Source: Ostrea edulis
Lineage: Eukaryota
NCBI RefSeq assembly: GCF_947568905.1
Contig: NC_079165.1
Location: forward strand, 27,962,001 to 28,026,000
DNA length: 64,000 nt
Reading direction: 5' to 3'
Part shown: positions 62,301-64,000 of the stretch, piece after piece
Position numbering within the stretch: the stretch's first letter is position 1
How the letters are laid out: each line of letters starts with the position of its first letter
Program-made: the position numbers and the translations under genes
Notes under the pieces: generated by a model
The model's database searches: none
The model's input: only the letters and a program-made list of their open reading frames with translations
What the model was told of the DNA's origin: nothing

Positions 62301-62961
62301 CATCCACACAAACTGCTGTTGTACTAGCAGAGTTAGAGGTCAGTGCCATAGCAACATCTGACCTCGACCTGACCTGCAGTGGTTTCTGTCCAGACTCTCC
62401 AGTCAAAGTACAGGTGACCATTTTGTGAAATTCTACATCATTCAGACTTATCAGAAATTCTACATCATTCAGACTTATCAGAAATTCTACATCATTCAGA
62501 CTTATCAGAAATTCTACATCATTCAGACTTATCAGAAATTCTACATCATTCAGACTTATCAGAAATTCTACATCATTCAGACTTATCAGAAATTCTACAT
62601 CATTCAGACTTATCAGAAATTCTACATCATTCAGACTTATCAGAAATTCTACATCATTCAGATTAATCGGAAATTCTACATCATTTAGACTAATCAGAAA
62701 TTCTACATCATTCAAACTAATCAGATGAGTAATTGTGGACATGTGGTTGAAATTTCAAGTGTCTGGTGGGTGGCTTTTAACATGTATATCATCACCCTTT
62801 TGTAGGAGCATACAAGACGAAAAATGTCAGCAGCTTACCAGAAGAAAATGGTTTCCATGGTGAATAATCCTGACCTTAGTGATGTGAAAATCAGAACATG
62901 TGATAGTGCGCTATACGCTCATCGACTGATATTGAGTGTCCAATGTCCCAGTATACTCTCA
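49469..62961 (+). CDS. SLX4: Structure-specific endonuclease subunit SLX4 (BTBD12), 5' part; continues beyond the window
   Basis: Exons 49469-49973, 50408-50523, 50638-50745, 51388-51521, 58811-58870, 59619-59732, 60191-60284, 61199-61288, 61901-62104, 62261-62413, 62806-62961, all phase-compatible. UBZ4 fingers FVCQFCMKDLSYYNSTRKTQHLNRCMD and LDCPMCGKTLKTENGRKVHMKKCSQ, MLR-type DEELQTALAISNS, BTB start MVNNPDLSDVKIRT...YAHRLILSVQCP. Confidence 0.88.
49640..49860 (+). repeat. Coding 36-bp minisatellite in SLX4 (RNQVPVTVSEEA x ~6)
   Basis: cggaatcaagtgcccgtgactgtatcagaagaagcg units, in frame. Confidence 0.95.
49990..50332 (+). mobile_element. Penelope-like element 3' end (RT C-terminus remnant and 3' UTR) in SLX4 intron 1
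   Basis: Decayed SRLKSA..KFY.RYNDLVCQYNL...MLSEVF followed by the repeat tail. Confidence 0.8.
51190..51387. repeat. 18-19-bp minisatellite ending at an SLX4 splice acceptor
   Basis: gtagatctgaatt(t)atct / gtagatctgaatgtatta units; the last ctgtag is the acceptor for exon 51388. Confidence 0.92.
52610..53665 (+). CDS. LINE ORF1p (coiled coil plus RRM-like and C-terminal domains), 351 aa from the first ATG
   Basis: Long E/K/I heptad region, then NNIKFLG, AIHRLP, RPVIAKF, FDHIT and SAWIYNGKIFA. Confidence 0.9.
   Translation: MSTETPSSRKEEKKHDKKAPENTQKASERRLVQLSLQSAPAAVKKTVVSEIQPHKKQRSSSSDIDTPSGAPDILNDLSKIQQSLHEIQQTMVNKNDVKEIIASIIVEVKSELKGELKQEILTEIKQTIKEDLKSEIADEVRETFDQKIDNKARDFERQVKEMADGLNLDLETMREKFVGQNRELRSLKETLKQCQIMSGDALQLANYNQQYSQKNNIKFLGWKETRDEDLRSDLCTILKQKVGVDLNPKDVLAIHRLPNGKHGGPRPVIAKFISTEIKVKVIKKRSNEELKKSFLMFDHITPRNAKLISVLKEDPRILSAWIYNGKIFALDKDNIRHKFDILDSVDDKVKR
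53903..57684 (+). CDS. LINE ORF2p (APE endonuclease, reverse transcriptase, C-terminal zinc finger), split by one frameshift near 56435
   Basis: SVNCQG, CLQDTH, IYGPN, GDFN, RLDY, SDH; KSPGSDG, NWRPITLL, IDFEKAFDS, RQGDPIAPYLF, YADD; CSFCKDNEETMQHMFMSC. The frame break follows a T10 run. Confidence 0.95.
58021..58644 (-). mobile_element. HINE-like element with gacctt(g)acc repeats
   Basis: Minus-strand start aacaagaggtattgtgagcaatgctcac, gacaga microsatellite, and a terminal hairpin. Confidence 0.7.
59855..60135 (+). mobile_element. 3' fragment of an RTE-clade LINE in an SLX4 intron
   Basis: DLNLILRERRLHWYGHVVRTSSAIK...GRRVVGLPVISWRE. Confidence 0.8.
62427..62724. repeat. 27-bp minisatellite, ~11 copies
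   Basis: Unit agaaattctacatcattcagacttatc. Confidence 0.97.
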
Positions 62962-63990
62962 GTTAGTACTTTATCATAGCAGCTAGTTCTTCATCATAGC
63001 AGTTAGTACTTCGTCATAGTAGTTAGTACTTCCTCATAGCAGTTAGTACTTCATCATAGCAATTAGTCCTTCATCATAGGAGTTAGTACTCATAGCAGTT
63101 AGTACTTCATCATAGTAGTTAGTTCTTCATCTTAGTAGTTAGTACTTTTTCATAGCAGTTAGTTCTTCATCATAGTAGTTAGTTCTTCATCATAGTAGTT
63201 AGTTCTTCATCATAGTAGTTAGTACTTTCTCATAGCAGTTAGTACTTCATCATAGCAATTTGTTCTTCATCACAGTAGTTAGTACTCATAGCAGTTAGTA
63301 CTTCATCATAGTAGTTAGTACTTCCTCATAGCAGTTTGTACTTCATCATAGCAATTAGTTCTTCATCATAGGAGTTAGTACTCATAGCAGTTAGTACTTC
63401 ATCATAGTAGATAGTTTTTCATCATAGTAGTTAGTTCTTCATCATAGCAGTTAGTACTTCATCATAGCAATTAGTTCTTCATCATAGCAGTTAGTACTCA
63501 TAGCAGTTAGTACTTCGTCATAGTAGTTAGTTCTTCATCATAGTAGTTAGTTCTACATCACAGTAGTTAGTACTTCTTCATAGCAATTAGTTCTTCATCA
63601 TAGTAGTTAGTTCTTCATCACAGTAGTTAGTACTCATAGCAGTTAGTACTTTGTCATAGTAGTTAGTACTTCCTCATAGCAGTTAGTACTTCATCATAGC
63701 AATTTGTTCTTCATCACAGTAGTTAGTACTCATAGCAGTTAGTACTTCGTCATAGTAGTTAGTACTTCCTCATAGCAGTTAGTACTTCCTCATAACAATA
63801 AGTACTTCCTCATAGCAGTTAGAATTTCATCATAGCAATTAGTTCTTCATCATAGCAGTTAGTTCTTTTTCATAGCAGTTATGTTGTTCTTCATCATAGC
63901 AGTTAGTACTTCCTCATAGCAGTTAGTACTTCCTCATAAGTTAGAATTTCATCATAGTAGCTAGTTCTTCATCATAGCAGTTAGTACTTT
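62962..63990. repeat. ~20-bp minisatellite, ~50 copies, starting at an SLX4 splice donor
   Basis: Unit gttagtacttcatcatagca; the first gttagt is the donor of exon 62806-62961. Confidence 0.97.
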
Positions 63991-64000
63991 TATATATTAG

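Noticed and set aside
62257-62742. 161-aa minus-strand ORF of LISLNDVEF repeats and the plus-strand YQKFYIIQT ORF
   Set aside because: Both are artefacts of a 27-bp intronic repeat plus the antisense of an SLX4 exon.
62427-64000. CRISPR-like arrays
   Set aside because: The repeats have no unique spacers, the context is eukaryotic, and there are no cas genes.

Overview
This is AT-rich eukaryotic genomic DNA. The interspersed repeats suggest a bivalve mollusc, probably an oyster. Spliced genes reconstructed by hand, left to right: (1) a secreted Cys-rich protein with a somatomedin-B-like motif on the minus strand, running off the left edge and missed by the ORF track; (2) PDZD11, minus strand, 7 small coding exons, also not resolved by the ORF track; (3) RPS3A, head-to-head with PDZD11 with only 150 bp between the ATGs, and hosting a box C/D snoRNA whose guide is antisense to 18S rRNA; (4) a BTBD17-like BTB-BACK gene, minus strand, apparently sharing a bidirectional promoter with (5) ALG11; (6) a small putative single-pass membrane protein of about 100 aa; and (7) SLX4, truncated at the right edge. 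A full-length Tx1/L1-clade LINE with a 15-bp TSD and one frameshift sits in an SLX4 intron. Other mobile DNA includes a 368-bp miniature LTR element whose LTRs contain a tRNA-like cloverleaf, CAG-ended elements with 5-bp TSDs, a triple self-nested MITE stack with 9-bp TSDs, hAT, Harbinger and EnSpm-like elements, Helentron-type HINEs, and Penelope, RTE and SINE fragments. Minisatellites are frequent, and several begin or end at splice sites. All family assignments come from remembered motifs; no database searches were run.
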